Source: Octopus vulgaris (Eukaryota). From it: 64,000 nt of DNA. Both the position numbers and the translations under genes were made by a program. The notes beneath the pieces were generated by a model that was not told the DNA's origin, made no database searches, and saw only the letters and a list, made by a program, of their open reading frames with translations. The stretch is from the NCBI GenBank assembly GCA_951406725.2, contig OX597814.1, positions 33,046,001 to 33,110,000 of the forward strand. The letters run 5' to 3'. Of the stretch, positions 14,935 through 33,224 are shown one piece after another. Within the stretch, counting starts at the first letter, position 1, and each line of letters starts with the position of its first letter.

Positions 14935-15882
14935 CAAGGGTGGCCTGAAAAGCTCATAGGCTGACTATGAAAGAGTGATACTAGAGTCTAGACGTCCAGA
15001 AACTGCTACCACCAAGAAAAACAAAGATTGTTTTTCACCACGTAGCGATGAAAGACATGCGATTGACTATAAATCAAATAGCCAATGGTATTAGCATATC
15101 CCATGAGAGACTTGAGAATATTCTACACAATGAACTAGGCCTCACGAAGGTTTCTGCGCGGTTGGTGCCACGTTCTCTGCCCCACTTGATCAAAATCGCA
15201 CCAGACTGATCACATAACGAGAAAATCTTACATTGTCTGAGGCAGATCTAGATAGTTTCTTTGAAAGTTTTCTAATCCAAGGTGACTGTTGGGTCATCAT
15301 TTAAACAATGAGATAATCCATGCAGTGGAAACTCCTCTCCTCATCTGCTCCAAAGAAGGCCAAGATCGTTTCATCTGCATGGTAGGTGATGGTCTCGGTT
15401 TTTTTGTGAGGAGGGGATATAAAAGGCATTATGTACTATATTAACTTGCAGAGGCAGTTACGAAAGGCCATCAAGGCCAAACGCCCAGAAAAACTGACAA
15501 AGAGAGTCTTGCTTCATCAGTACAATACTCCAGCAAATAAGTCCTTGATTTCAATGGCTGCTGTGCATGATTGTAACTTTGATCTGGTTGATTACTCTCC
15601 TGATTCTTCTGATATGGCCCCATCTGACTATCATTTCTTCCCTAACATGAAACAATTCAGAGTTGTAAAACCAGTATCGCAATGATGATGAAAATATTAG
15701 TTATGGATGACTTTTTTTGACGAACAGGATGAGAGTTTCTTCATCAATGAGATTCAAGCACTACAACACCGATGGAAGACGTATGTGAACCGCAAAGGAG
15801 ACTATGTTGAAAAACAAAATTCATTTTGTCACATTCCATGATAGTATTTGGGTCAAATTATGAACTATTCAGCCACCCCTCG
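14935..15882 (+). mobile_element. Decayed mariner transposon with both TIRs
   Basis: TIRs caagggtggcctgaaaagctcatag / ttatgaactattcagccacccctcg with a 5' TA. Transposase motifs RPETAT, KVSARLVPR (WVPHEL region), LLHQYNTP (HDNA region) and YSPDSSDMAPSDYHFFPNMK (YSPDLAPSDY). Multiple stops and an internal deletion. Confidence 0.9.
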
Positions 15883-15959
15883 CATTTTATCAAAATCCAC
15901 TGAATGAAAAGTAGCTACAACCCTTACTAGTAACAAAATAGACTAAGCAAACTATATAA

Positions 15960-16219
15960 AATAAAATAAATGCGCCCTTTTTAAGGCCTAGCCAGGCTCA
16001 TGGGCCCGGTTCCCCGGTTTCAATGGCACATGTGTTCCTCAGCTGGACGGGACACCAATCCATCGCAGCGTTGCTCATTTTTACCAGCTGAGTGGACTGG
16101 AGCAACGTGAAATGAAGTGTTTTGTTCAAGAACACAACGCGTCGCCCGGTCCAGGAATCGAAACCACAATCTAACGATCATGGTACTGACACCCTAACCA
16201 CTAAGCCACGCGCCTCCAC
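15960..16219 (-). mobile_element. tRNA-derived SINE, family C
   Basis: Minus strand reads gtggaggcgcgtggcttagtggttaggg (A box)...ggtttcgattcc (B box)...gttgtgttcttgaacaaaacacttcatttcacg, with a (TTTTA)n tail. Confidence 0.85.
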
Positions 16220-16689
16220 AGCGAATTATATAATGTATGATATTAATTTTCCGGTTTGATTTTATAGACCCGCACCGTATCGCAAAGTATTCTTTGCGTT
16301 ATGAAGTTACAGTCCTTTGCGTTCTGATTTCAAATGCTAACGATATAAACTTATCATTTCCTTATTCTGGGTTCGAAAAAGTAAAATACCACTCAAGTGC
16401 TGTGAATGATTTCATCGACTATACCCTCCGCTAAAAGAAGTGTCTGATAAAGTGGTAGAAATCAATAACCCTGAATGCTAACACAAGGACAAACTACATT
16501 GAAGTTGATGTATTGATTTCACTGGAATTTATTTTATCGACTGTGATGTAATGAAAGCACGATCGACCTCAAAAAGATCGGAACATAAAAAGTAAGGGAC
16601 GTAGCTAAATACACTTAGCCTTGAACTCTTTCGTATTTCCCAACCACTGCCAAAGCTACTGTTTATAAATATGAGCTTTTCTACTATAG

Positions 16690-16865
16690 GCTCAGGGCCT
16701 AAAATTTTGGGGAAGGCGATAGTCGATTATATTGACAACAGTACTCGACTGGTACTTATTTTATCGAACCCAAAAGGATAAAAGGCTAATTCGACCTCGG
16801 CAGCATTTGAACTCAGAACGTAAAGACGGACGAAATACCGTTAAGCATTTTGTGCGACGTGCGAA
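16690..16865 (-). mobile_element. SINE family B, reverse orientation
   Basis: Reverse complement of the ttacgttctgagttcaaat...gccttt.atcctttt..gttcgataaaataagtaccagt core. Confidence 0.8.
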
Positions 16866-17249
16866 TTATGTGGCTGGTCGTCAGGCTCAGCGTATATGGG
16901 TTTATTTCTGCCAGAAACAACGTGGCTGACAAAGAACTTCCGGATGGTTATAGTTCTAGGAAGTATTAACTGAACGAAGAGTGTTGAATCTGTCAGATGG
17001 AATATATCGGGATGAAAGGAGAAAAAGTACCAAGTGCAAAGAAAGGGCCAATATGGCGCGGACATGGAGTTAGCTACTGAACGGAGACCGTCGTATTCCC
17101 GACAAATGTGGAATTAAGATGCAACAGATCATATGTGGGCCGTTAGATGGTTCGTGTTTGTGAGGGAATCTAACAATCAGGATTTCTACCTCCGTCGAGG
17201 AAGGAGGTTATGTTTTCATCGGCGTTGATTTGTCCGTCTGTGTGCAAAA

Positions 17250-17960
17250 TAGGGTATCGTTAAAAACATCAAATTCCACAGGTTTTCCTTGCGGAAGAAC
17301 GAACAACCGAAGAGACTACACACATTAGTAAAGGAAGTAAAGAAGAAAGAAGGGATCCTAGTACATGCAGATAGAACTGGTAACCTGTACCATTTAAAAT
17401 ACTCTTTATATCACACACTACTCAAAGAAGAATTGCTGAAAAACTATAAAGTAACCCATGCCAACAGCTTAACTAACCTTAATTTGCAGGCTATGAATAT
17501 TATGGAAAAATATAGACTAGCGGGAAAAACTGAGCCATACCAGCCTAGAACCTCTAGAATTAACCTCAAAAACCACTAGCCAAACTTCGGTACAAACCCT
17601 TATGTAAGACTAATATGTCCTTTGATCGGACTTAGGTAGAATAAGCTAACACATCATTGATAAATATATACAAACACTAAGGAACATTATAAAACTTAAC
17701 CTCTGGTCCAGCTCAGACGAGATAATAGATTGGTTTAGCAATATGACCGGTAAAAAAAACAAGCCAAAATTCTTACAACTAGATATCCAGCTACTATTCC
17801 TTCATTAACCCCATCCTATTCAACAAGTACTTATATTTGCCATGAAAACTCTGAGCTAACTAGGGAAAAAGTAGTAGAACAAGCTGCTAGAAAGTCTATT
17901 ATAGAATTTAAAGGAAAATACTGGGTGAGAAAATATAGGCCGGACATGTTCGACATATGG
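17250..17960 (+). mobile_element. Decayed Penelope-like element reverse transcriptase (N-terminal part; possibly Naiad-like clade)
   Basis: ILVHADRTGNLYHL (PLE ADK motif), INLKNH*PNFGTNPYVRLICP (KDHKxNF..NPxxRLINP), DLGRIS, NLWSSSDEIIDWF and KFLQLDI (RT motif with first catalytic Asp). Stops and frameshifts present. Clade assignment is from memory of motifs. Confidence 0.8.
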
Positions 17961-18049
17961 GGACAAACAAATCAACAAGCGGTGATGGGTGACAAACACA
18001 CAGACACATAGGTACACAAACGTGTGTATGTGTGTATATATATATTTTT

Positions 18050-18326
18050 TTTTTTTCTTCCGACCAGTCCATCAGATGTAGTTACACATCGCTGGTCACA
18101 ATGCGTTCGCATTGTTTTAGACTTCGAATGACGCCACCCCGCTGGCTAAGCGAGAAGGCCAACAGAAGAAAGAGTGGGAGAAAGAGTGGTGAAAGAGTAC
18201 AGCAGGGATCACCACCCCCTGCCGGAGTCTCGTGGAGCTTTTAGATGTTTTCGCTCAATAAACACTCACAACGCCCGGTCTGGGAATCGAAACCGCGATC
18301 CCACGACCGCCAGTCCGCTGCGCCTC

Positions 18327-18328
<2 letters not shown>
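18050..18328 (-). mobile_element. tRNA-derived SINE, family D (second copy 51358-51553)
   Basis: Minus strand gtggaggcgca...gcggtttcgattcccagaccgggcgttgtgagtgtttattgagc with a B box; near-identical block at 51440-51553. Confidence 0.85.
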
Positions 18329-18391
<63 letters not shown>

Positions 18392-18395
<4 letters not shown>

Positions 18396-18628
18396 AGAAA
18401 TAAAGATAGACTTTTTTTCTATTCCAAAGAAAAACGATTTCCCACGGCTTTATCGATCGCATTCTCATCTGGAATCGATTTTGTAATTTTTTTCAAAACA
18501 TATACACGCGCCCTGACACAGTCGGTATCTACATATCAAATTTGAGAGCAATCGGATGGAGGATATCCAAGATCCTAGAAGACACACACACACACACACA
18601 CACACAGAACAGATTTTATATAAGAGAT
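18392..18628 (-). mobile_element. Helitron-like non-autonomous element, 5' part
   Basis: Minus strand begins a|TCtcttatataaaatctgttctgtgtgtg (5' TC after A, then microsatellite), followed by ccatccgattgctctcaaattt, typical of short Helitron derivatives. No 3' CTRR seen. Confidence 0.45.
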
Positions 18629-19284
18629 ATATACACGACGGGCTTCTTTCCATTCGATTTTGTATCTGGTTTGCAAGATTCTTTATGTGAACTAGTGTGT
18701 TGAAGCAAATTATTTTGCGTCTAGGGAGGGTCATATTGTCTTAATGCCTTATTATCTAACACACTCACCGGTTCGATCTCCACTTATTTGGTTATCATGA
18801 TTTTTAGACAGCAGAAGACAATGTCTTTTAGTGTCTTGCTAGCTTGGCCAGAGCTTATTGTACTTCGTGTTTGGTATCCAGGATACATGATTCTCACACT
18901 AACAATCTAAACAAAACATGAAACATATACGTATTTCAACTGTTGCTCACATCAGTTAAGCTTCACATAGTAAGATGCTTTATTAATTGAGTCATTGAGA
19001 TTTGAGAGATAGCAACCGATGACACGGATTTAAAGCTTGTAACAACCCTATAACTCCAGCTTGGTCTTTTTTTTTTTTTTTTTCGTAAGTCCGTTCCGAA
19101 AACACTTGACACTGGACATTTATGACTGACGGAAACAGATTTTTGTGGCGAATGCATGAAACTTAAGAGACAGAGAAAGGAACATGAATATGTAAGTCTG
19201 AAGGTTGTAATCACTCACAGTTCGACTCGACCAGCAACGACTTTCATATTCTATATATGCATTATAACCTAAAATATCTGTGTT

Positions 19285-23100
<3,816 letters not shown>

Positions 23101-23291
23101 GGCGGTGGAATATATCTATTGGTTTTGTAAGCTGCCCTGAAGAGCCGCCGCCCGGCAAACGAGCTTAATTGAACTTTCTTGTGGCACAAGTAAACAAAAG
23201 AACTTTTTGCAAAGAGACATAACTCTTTTTCTCCTAGAAGGCATCAGCAAAACAACGCACGTAAATACATATATACACACATAATAATATA

Positions 23292-23331
<40 letters not shown>

Positions 23332-23626
23332 CATATATGTATAAAGGTACGCCAAATACAGAAAACACCACACACATATATAAATGCATACATTTAGTAA
23401 ATCTAGAGGCAGCACACACAGATATGCATATAGATCCACTTGTACAGATAACCATTCACAAATGCAAAACCCACGCACAAGCATGTGTGCAAACACGCAC
23501 ACATACACACAGGTACAATATGTAGAAATACACCCATACACATACACAGTCACAGTTACAGTTTATACACACACATATGCAAACGACGTTTATATACAGA
23601 TTGAATTACCACAAACCACGACTCCT

Positions 23627-23674
<48 letters not shown>

Positions 23675-24771
23675 CTCTCTCTCTTTCTCTCTCTCACACA
23701 CATACATATAATAGAATGAAGAAACAAACACACGCACAATACTGATATGCACTATGTATACATGCTGCTATCTAGATACATATACACATTAATGTACGAT
23801 GTGTAACTGTATGCTAGTTTTGATATTTGTTTTGTCGTTATATAGTGGTTATCCTGATATATATATAGAGAGAGACATGTCATGACCGAACGGTTAAGAA
23901 GTTCGTTTTTCAACCACCAGGTTTCGGATTCGATTCCACTGCGTGGCATTTTGGGTATATGTAACTTTTTTTATAGTCTCGGCTCGGCTAAGTGAAGTTA
24001 TGTAGTGAAATTTGGTAGGCGAAAACTGTAAGGAATCGTGGCGGCAGGATGGAACCTTTTGATTCAGAAACGTACAGTCTTATCACTACTCACTGTGCTA
24101 TGCTAAGAATTGTGTTAAGGATACACGAAATTGCGGAATACTCACCCACTTGTGCGTTAATTTAGCAACAGATAATTCAGTTGATCGATTAACTAAATCC
24201 ACTTTGTCGAAAAACGGAGATCCAAAAGCGTCGCCATGAAATACCTTTACGTATTGGCATATATACTGTTTAGAAATGAATGACCTGAGTTCATATGCAT
24301 GCAAGGATTAACAAAATATAATAAAATATAGGCAACGAGATAAAATGCCCTGCAGTATCCGTTCAAGCTCTCTACGCACAAAGTTCAAATCCCGCCAAGG
24401 TTTTATCGTTTCTTACATTCTTTCAGAGTTTGTAAATAAATGCCAGTAGTCAGGTTGATTCCCCTCTCTCTTTCATCATCAACTAACGTACGCTTCTCAA
24501 TGATTGCATGGGTCAGACGAAATTTTTGAGGCAAACGCTTTATGGCCGGATGCCTTTCCAGTCAGCACCCTTCACCTGTTTCTAAACAAGGCTATTTTAT
24601 CCCAACAGCAAGACATTTTTTCACGAAAGACTGGAAACGAACAACATCGTTTATATGACATTGGCACTTCTTTACGACCACAATATGATGTACACACAAA
24701 TAATAGTAGATGCTGGTTCAATTTCAACTTCATACTTGAGGGTGAATGTAAATGTTATATGATAAGTTAGA

Positions 24772-24990
24772 AAAGGCAGCGAGTTGGCAGAATTGTTGCC
24801 GCACCGAACAAAAGACATAGAAATATTTCTTCAGGCTCTTTAAGATTTGAGTTCAAATTCTGCCGAGGTCGACCTTAATTTCCATCCTTTTTATGTCGTT
24901 AAAATAAGCGCAAGCTCAGCACTGGAGTCGCTGTAATCGACTTGTCCCTTCTCTCAAAGTTACTGACCTTATGCCAAAATTAGAAAGCTT
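24772..24990 (+). mobile_element. SINE family B
   Basis: aaggcagcgagttggcagaattgtt...gagttcaaattctgccgaggtcgac...cactggagtcg.tgtaatcgact. Confidence 0.8.
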
Positions 24991-27449
24991 CTATGTTAAA
25001 TCAGATTTGTTTCTGTGGAATGTATTCTTTGAGTGGACAGATTTACCTGCTATTCATCTGTTCAAATGATTTTTACCCGATACTCAAAGCACAGTATAGC
25101 CGAATCATTAAAGAACTTCATTTCGTAACGAAGAGGACTCCGGGGCGATCACAAGGCGTGACATCTTAGACTGGCATTTCCTAAAACCTCAGGTGGACCC
25201 ATACATTCTGAGTAAGTTTTAAGAGTTGAAAATTATTAATAAATCCATTGGGTTGATTGCAACTATAATCCAAAGTTACAGCTTTGTTATAGACATTGTG
25301 TCGCACTGGTTCTCTTTGAGAATAATTTTAAGAGTACGGGTGTCGGAGGATGCTCAGCCGCTTATATGCTAATTCAATGAACTGATAATTTACTTTATCG
25401 AACAGCTAAATACTCATCGTCGAAACCGACAAAGATCCATCCAGCCAGAGACATTTGCAATTTTTTTTCTTTGGTGGAATTATTGGGGTCACTCACTATA
25501 AGGCTAATATTGGGACTTACAAGCTCAGCAGAAACCCGGTACTGTCTGTTTCCGATAAACAGGTGAGTCAATATCTTTTGGGTTTCCTTGGCACTTGTAG
25601 ATCAATGAATGGGAAATTAGTTATTTCGTCCTTTTAAAAGTTAGATTAGTATCATGTTCTCTGAGGTGGGGTTAATACGGTTTAAATTTAATCTCTAGTG
25701 TGGATTAAACAGAAAGAATTATCTAGTACACGTTTTTGCTAAAAAATAGAAGTTTGGTTACTATTGCTAGAATATTTCCTACCTATCTCAACTGAACTCG
25801 GGCCATTCTTTAGAGAATCATCTTTGAAATGTTCTGTATAAACTTTGATCATTAACACAATAATCCTATATACATCCTGTCTTTTATATTTGTCCATATA
25901 GCTCGTTTTGAAGATAGAACTTTTCCTTTCTTTATGTACAGTGCCAGCACTCTGCGAACGTATGCAAAGTGTTTTTGTACATTTTTTTGCTTTTCTTTTT
26001 CTACAAGACCAACAGTTTTGCAAGCATGGAAATTTCATTTCTTCACACCAATATTGTGCAAGAGAAATGCAATGACCGATATGTGTTGGCGCTAATGGTA
26101 GGTAGAAGTTATCAAGTGACAGTATTTAGCGGGTATCATAAAAAGCACGTCTTGCATTCGCCCAACGGAATATGGATTAATTTCACAAATGGAATTGATG
26201 ATGAAGGAAACACTACCTCATTTCAGAATGTCCATTCTGAAAAACAGCCATTGTGGAATCTCAGGAAAGAGTGGAGAAGTAGTAATAATAAGCAAACCAA
26301 TATATCTCAATAATGAGCTTCGACTATTAACACTGCTATTACAAGAACCTATTATAAAAACAAAATAAAAACAATTGTAATGATGTACCTACCAGTATCA
26401 TAGCGAATTATATTGTTGGTAATCCACCAGTATTTATATATATTTAGTAACAAAATACATGAAGAAGATTGTTGATATAAATCGAATCCAGTTAAACACA
26501 CGATGAAATAGATGGAAACAATGTGTAGGGTTACTATATGAGTAGACGTTAATTATTGTGAAAACTCATCTCAGTTAAATATGTATATTCACCAGAAGAT
26601 ATATGCATGAACGCATATATACATAAACGTACACACACAAACACATGCATGGATACACGCGCACATACATCACACATGACACACACATTTGTAAGAAGAC
26701 AAAATCATACGGGTGAGACGAGTACAATTGTTTTCAAACATAAAAACAAGGGGAAAAAAATGAAATGAAGTGATCGATATATAGCAAAACTAGTATTACT
26801 GTTACTGTAGGCACATTATAGCCAAACATTTAACAAATTCGCTTTGTAGCGACGAGGTCTCGTATTTGATCCAATCTGGGTAAATGTCATTTTTTATAGT
26901 CTCTCCTCGACTCATACCTTGAGAGTGAAATTATCGCATGTAGATAGATGGAAGCTGTGTGGAAGCTTTGTTAGACACACTGAGAATTATGTGAAACTTA
27001 CTCGTTAATGCAGCTGATCAAATATCTAAGTCTTTATCTTCAATCGTCCAATATAGATACTTAATACACATACGTTTAAACATTATGCATAAATACACAT
27101 GTGTGTGTTTGTGTATATGTGTGTGAATGCGTTTACATTTATACAAAGTGAATTGACATAGTCTTTAGAAAGTGGGAGAGAATACAGTGTATTTTTTCTG
27201 GTTCTCTTTGTTTTGAGTTCAAATTCTCTCGAGCCTAATTTGTCATTCATCCTTTTGAAATCAGTAAATAAAATACCAATCTAAGATGGCAGCTTGAGGG
27301 AAATTGTTAGAGTGTCACACGAAATGTCATTAGCTCATTGCTCCTTGCATTTCTCTTGGACAATATCAATGTCATGAAAAGAGCAACTTTGCATGCTAGT
27401 GAAACTGCTGGTCTAAAAAAATTGCACAAGTTTGAACCTTCGAGAAATA

Positions 27450-28480
27450 TTCAGCTGCAAAGATATGGTCATAGAAGTCATACAAACCAAATCTCACAGT
27501 TGATAGAATACTTCTTCCTATTTTTTTCCTATTCTTCATTGCAGTCAAATAACGGATGCCGAGTACAAGCAACGAGCTATTGTTGCGCTCTTGATGAAGT
27601 AAGGGTGAAAGCTTCCCAACATCGACGGAAAGCGACAGGTTGTTTACGGAGATAACATCGGAAAAAGAAATGTTCACAGAGGGTTGAAGAAATTTAATAA
27701 AAAACAATCATTAAAGACAGACCACACGTCGGGAGACTATATACTGCGACCATTGACTCGAATTACCCGAGATTGGACAGATTCACGTGAGCAGACATGT
27801 CACAGCCCGTGAGCTTACTGCACAATATAATCGCAATGCATTACAAAAGATGGTTGAAGACTTTGAGTAAGCCTCTGCAAAGTGTCGGCAGCTGACATAC
27901 GATTTGAAAGAAAGAAGGATGGAAGTCTGTTCTGATCTGCCTGAAATGTTTGCAGCCGATGAATGCAAGACTTTTTTCAATCTAGTGACAGGAAATGTAG
28001 TTTGAACATATCTTTGTGATCTGAAAACGATACCTCAGTTCATGGAATGCTGGTACTTCTCTTTCCAACCTAAAAAGTTCAAAACCAACGATCGGTGCAA
28101 AAGGTAAAGCTAACTGTTTACTGAGACGGCAAGGGTCTCTTTCATTCTTCTTGATTTTCTGCAACGTTGTTGTATCATGAAAATTTAGCGATACATTGAG
28201 ATACTCTTATAGAAGCCGTTAGAAAAAAAGAGACCGAACAAGAATGAAAACTGATCGACATTCAGCCTGACAATGCACGATCACATACATCTGTGGCAAC
28301 AAACAAGATTGCCATCAAATAAGGCTGGTCAGTGTGTCCTCATCTACCGTAGAGCCTGGATCTGATGCACTCTGACTTGCATATATTGGACAGTCCACGG
28401 AAACAACGAATTGACTTAGTCGAGATGAGTGTGGTTGTAAAAGATTAGGTAACACAGTGCACACAGGAATCGCTTGTGAT
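27450..28480 (+). mobile_element. Heavily decayed mariner transposase
   Basis: Ordered remnants across frames: DRPHVGR, LVTGN (TGDE region), PKKFKT, QPDNARSHTS (HDNARPHT) and a degenerate HPPYSPDL. TIRs not recognised. Confidence 0.65.
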
Positions 28481-30737
28481 GGAGAAGATGTATACTTTAC
28501 CAGCAGTGTACTTTGGATGGCCATTGCCAGTTAATAAAGTTAGACCCACTTTTGTATTACTTTCGGTACAACTTTTGATAATATTAGTAAAGAGAAACAT
28601 TCTTTAGTCTTTAACTGTTAATGTTTCATCACTACATTAATTTTCCTCATTCATCATTCTCTTCACCATCATCATATATCCTTAATGTTGATACTGTTGA
28701 GGATGAAGTCTTCATAACCACTATCACTCATCAATCTTATTATTTTCTTAACCATCATCATCATCACGCCACCCACTTCAGTACCTTAATGTGACCCAAC
28801 GAGGAATTCTCTAAAAATGTTGTTCGGACTGCTAGATACAGCAGTCAAATCTCCCTTAATCCCTCACCCTTCTGCTTAAATAAAGGGCGGGATACATTAA
28901 TATAACCTTCTATACACAATATCTGAATATATGATAGTATGGTAACAGCTGAAATAACTTGATAAAAAAATACAATCAAGCACCACACAACAAAATGAAA
29001 GAACTTTGTACTTTGCTGAAAGCGAAGTAATTTATGAATGATATGTTTTTAAAACCCTTTGAGCAATATAGCTGAGACGTTAGGAAACGTATGTAGAGTT
29101 ATATATATAAAGGGGAATCTTTCCCGAAATATTGAGCAATCTATGTAAGGTGATATATTTTTCATATCACCTTGTGTTTTGCCTAATTTATTTCTCATAT
29201 ACATTACCAAAAGGCTTTTCCCTTAAATCATTTATATCACTACGAAATCAATAATAATTAAAGTAAATAAAAGAAAAGAATAATTACTTCATGGACGCTT
29301 TTCGTCAGAGATCTTATTGATCAAAGATGATGTGATTAAACAACAAAAATATTTTTTGAGGATGATGATAATAGAAAGTTAGACGATGTCATCAACTTAA
29401 TCCTCATGATCATTGTTACGTCATCCATTATGTTAAAATCGTCATTGTTTGTCGTTGTTGTCATAATTATCATTATCAAAATTTTTCACTTTGAAAGAAA
29501 CATTTTGTTACTTTCGTTAACTTCTAGAGCACAACGTTTCGAAGAGTTTTATTCCCCACTTGACATTGTGCTGGTGGAGGCTTTAGAGATGGCATCGTGG
29601 TTGTGGCGATGTTTTTGCTGTCATTGCTATATTTGTTGTTTCAGTACAAGTAGTTCCCAATGAAACAGACCGCAGTCACATCGGCATCTGCTTTTGTTTT
29701 CCAAGAATATGCACACCGACAAGCAATATGTAATTGTATATGTACACCGACAAGTATGTAATTTAGATGTTCCTCAGCATTGCTTTTTCTCATTACTCAA
29801 TGTTTTCTTTTTATCTTGTTAATACTATTGTGTGGCCGTAACGTCTGGGCACAATGCCCGCTGATGGAGCGCTATAGTGTTGCCATTACTATCAGAAATA
29901 TAAGCCAAAAATGCACCGTCTTAGAAAAGGGAGGATATATTGGATGATGTTGTTCAAGTGATTTTATTGGCAAAAACAACAACAACTAAATATTTTAGGA
30001 TCCCTTGTGAAATTGGAACAAATAAGATACAGCAGAAAATGATTTTAAGAGAAGATGGAAGTGTGTTAACCTAGCAATAAATCACACAATTTATCGTTTA
30101 TATTTTACTTGTCTCAGTCATTGTACTGCGACCATTCTGGGCTTTGAATAAATAAACCTCAGTACTTATTGCATTATATTTTCAAAGCAGAGTATTGTTA
30201 GTTAAAAATCGTTTCCCCCTTTTTTTGAATTTCGACGTCACATTTTTGTTTGTTTCAGCATTTTATTTGCTTTTAATTTATTTACTACCAGTACGCACTA
30301 ATTCGTATTGCATGGGAAATACACTGTCAAATCGCTTATCAGCAGAGGCATATACATACAGACGTTCAATTGCCACATAGTATGTACACTCAGTTTTGCA
30401 GCAATCAGAAAATAGATTTAATTCTAAACAAGGCATCGAAGAAATGAAAGTTGAGGAAAGAAGTTTATTCATCTTTAGTTAATTAGTTATCTTAACAACA
30501 AATTTGTTGGGAAGCTGCAACAACTGTTATGGGATTTGATTCCCAATTGTAGCGAGTTCAATTCCTTGCTTCAGTTAATTAAGCCAGATTGATGACAAAA
30601 ACTAAGAATGGTAATTGGTAATCATGAGTACCTCGAGTTCTGATTTAAATAGAAATTATCATAATAACATGAATAGCTTTAAGGAAAAAAAAACACAAGT
30701 TATTAAATGTATTTACTCCCTTAATGTGTGTAATACG

Positions 30738-30777
<40 letters not shown>

Positions 30778-33168
30778 CATTTCTTATGTATATATACAAA
30801 CTTGCACGCATACGCACACACACACACACATCTGATGCGTCTATACATGTGTGTGCGCGCGCAAGTGTGTGTGAATATAATTCAATGGAAATCTTGGATT
30901 TTCCGGGTAAATACGAAGAAACGTCAATGAATGCAAAGCAGAGTTAGGATTGACTAAGTTTTCTTCACAACTAGTAAGGTCGCTAGTTTCAACCCAACTA
31001 TTACAGCGTGTATTTAATTACATACTAACTTTCATACATATAACAAAGACTACGCACTTTACATGCATTGAGCACTTCAGTATATACACATATATACAGT
31101 AATACAGTAACCATGCGTTATATGTGTGCGTGTGTTTGTGTATATCACCCGAAGCTACTTCGATGTATGTTAAAGTTAGGTCAGAGAGATGAAGCACTTA
31201 CCTATAGGCTTCTTTAATATTCTACAGCATATATAATATCACTCCTTGTTTAATAACCTACTACATACAGAATATGCTTCATTTAATATCCTACAACAAT
31301 CTATTATAAAACCACTCAATAGTTCGGCTATATTCTCCAATGATGAAAATGAAAGACAGATTTAAAATGGAACAACGGAGCTTCAGATACCCTTATGAAG
31401 AAATACAAAGAAATATTGTGAAAAATCTCTACCTAAAAAAAAAATATCGTTGACAATGGGGAAAGTATTATTAAATAATAAAAGGAAATAAATACTCCCG
31501 TGTTAAAAGATATAACAGTGAACATAGAGCGAACAAATTTGCTTTCAAAATTTCGAAATGCAGCAAGGCAATCAACGAGGGAGCCTGTACACTAGACCTA
31601 CTAGAAATAAATATTCTTCAGTCAACAGTATGTCGTTTATAAAAAGAAAGATAAAATGGAACATTTAGATATATTGTCGAAAATGGCAAGATAGTCGGGG
31701 CCAGATCAATTTTGATTCTACTTGATCAAGACTGACTTTGCAGTAAAGCAACTGCCCGATGTCAACTTGAGCAAATTTTTTTTAGTATATATGTTTGAGT
31801 AACTGAAGTAGAGCTTGTTTATCTTAGGTACAATAAGAAAACATATATTATCCAAGAAATAGATATTTATAGAGCCTTATCACAGGAATGGATATTATTG
31901 AAATGTTATGCAAATTATTCATAAAGATTTTAAAGAATTCGACTTAGTACATAACAACTCACATATTAGCTTCACAGACTTTATATACATCAAACTAGAA
32001 CCATCTCCCAACAAACAGCCATATAAAAGCTGGGGAACAATAAAATAATGTAAAGTTGTTATGGTTCGTTAAACCCGTTAAGGATCCGAAAAGAGAGCAA
32101 AGAGGTTATAATATTAGAGGAGAGAAAACAAATCCTTTGTATACTAACAAACATGTTAACATTGATATAATTAATATAATTCCTTAGTGTTGAAGGTTTT
32201 CTGTATCGCCTCATGCACTGATGTAGGTTCAAGAAACTACACTTTGAACGTAAGCAGCCTTGGATCAACTGAGAGGTTGATTCCCACACCAACCTAATAC
32301 AACATACACACACACACACACACCGAGAGAAAGAAAATAGGAGTGAGAAACTAGTAGGGATAGTGATCTGTTGATGATGGTATACTCAATTAAGTTAAAC
32401 TTTTGAAAAATCTGACAGCCTCTCCATAGAACGAAATGAGAATGGAAATATCGTCCACATAACCGGAGACGAATCGCAATAAAAGCAGATTCTAAGAATC
32501 TTGCTCTCATGTTGTTCCATAAATTCGTTGCAGACTACAACCCAGACAGGCTTGAGTGCATCGTTAATCCTGAAATTTCTTCGAATGAGGACCCATCATA
32601 TAGGCAGTTTGTGTTACTCAAGACGGAGATCATGAGTTCCTGAAAGTCTGAGATTCGAAGACTGAAGCATTACAGAATTGTAGAAGAATAGATTAGTGAT
32701 GCATTCGGTTATGAGGTGAAGAGCAAAAATAGCACATACATTAGAATTGGTAGGAAGGACGCCAAAGGTAAAAGGTATGTAGTTCCTGTAAGTATAGAAT
32801 TGTGACCTTTGACTTTGTTGGCGCTGTCGACGTAACCGCTGAGTGTAAGGGCTTGAAGTGCTTAGTGAAAAGCCATTTTACTTTATAAAATGGTTCGTCT
32901 ACTCTAGACTATGAGCCTCAGTTTTAGTTTGGGTCACGGTTTAGGTACGTTTGACCAAAGGGATTTATCTAAGGAAGTGAGGTGTTTCTAGGAGTGAAAT
33001 TCCGTTTGATCTGCTTAGAGAGTTTCTAGTGCTACAAACATTCGACCACCTGATATTTATAATAGCCTCAAGCTATGTATGCACAAACATGTACGCACAC
33101 ACCCACATACATACGTAAGTCTACATAAAGAAAGACAGACAAATAGGTATACAGTATGTGTATGTATG

Positions 33169-33220
<52 letters not shown>

Positions 33221-33224
<4 letters not shown>

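Noticed and set aside
23128-23168. CTGAAGA-gccg-ccgcc-cggc-AAAC hammerhead-like string
   Set aside because: Lacks G12 of GAAA, and has no stem III/NUH or adjacent stem I.
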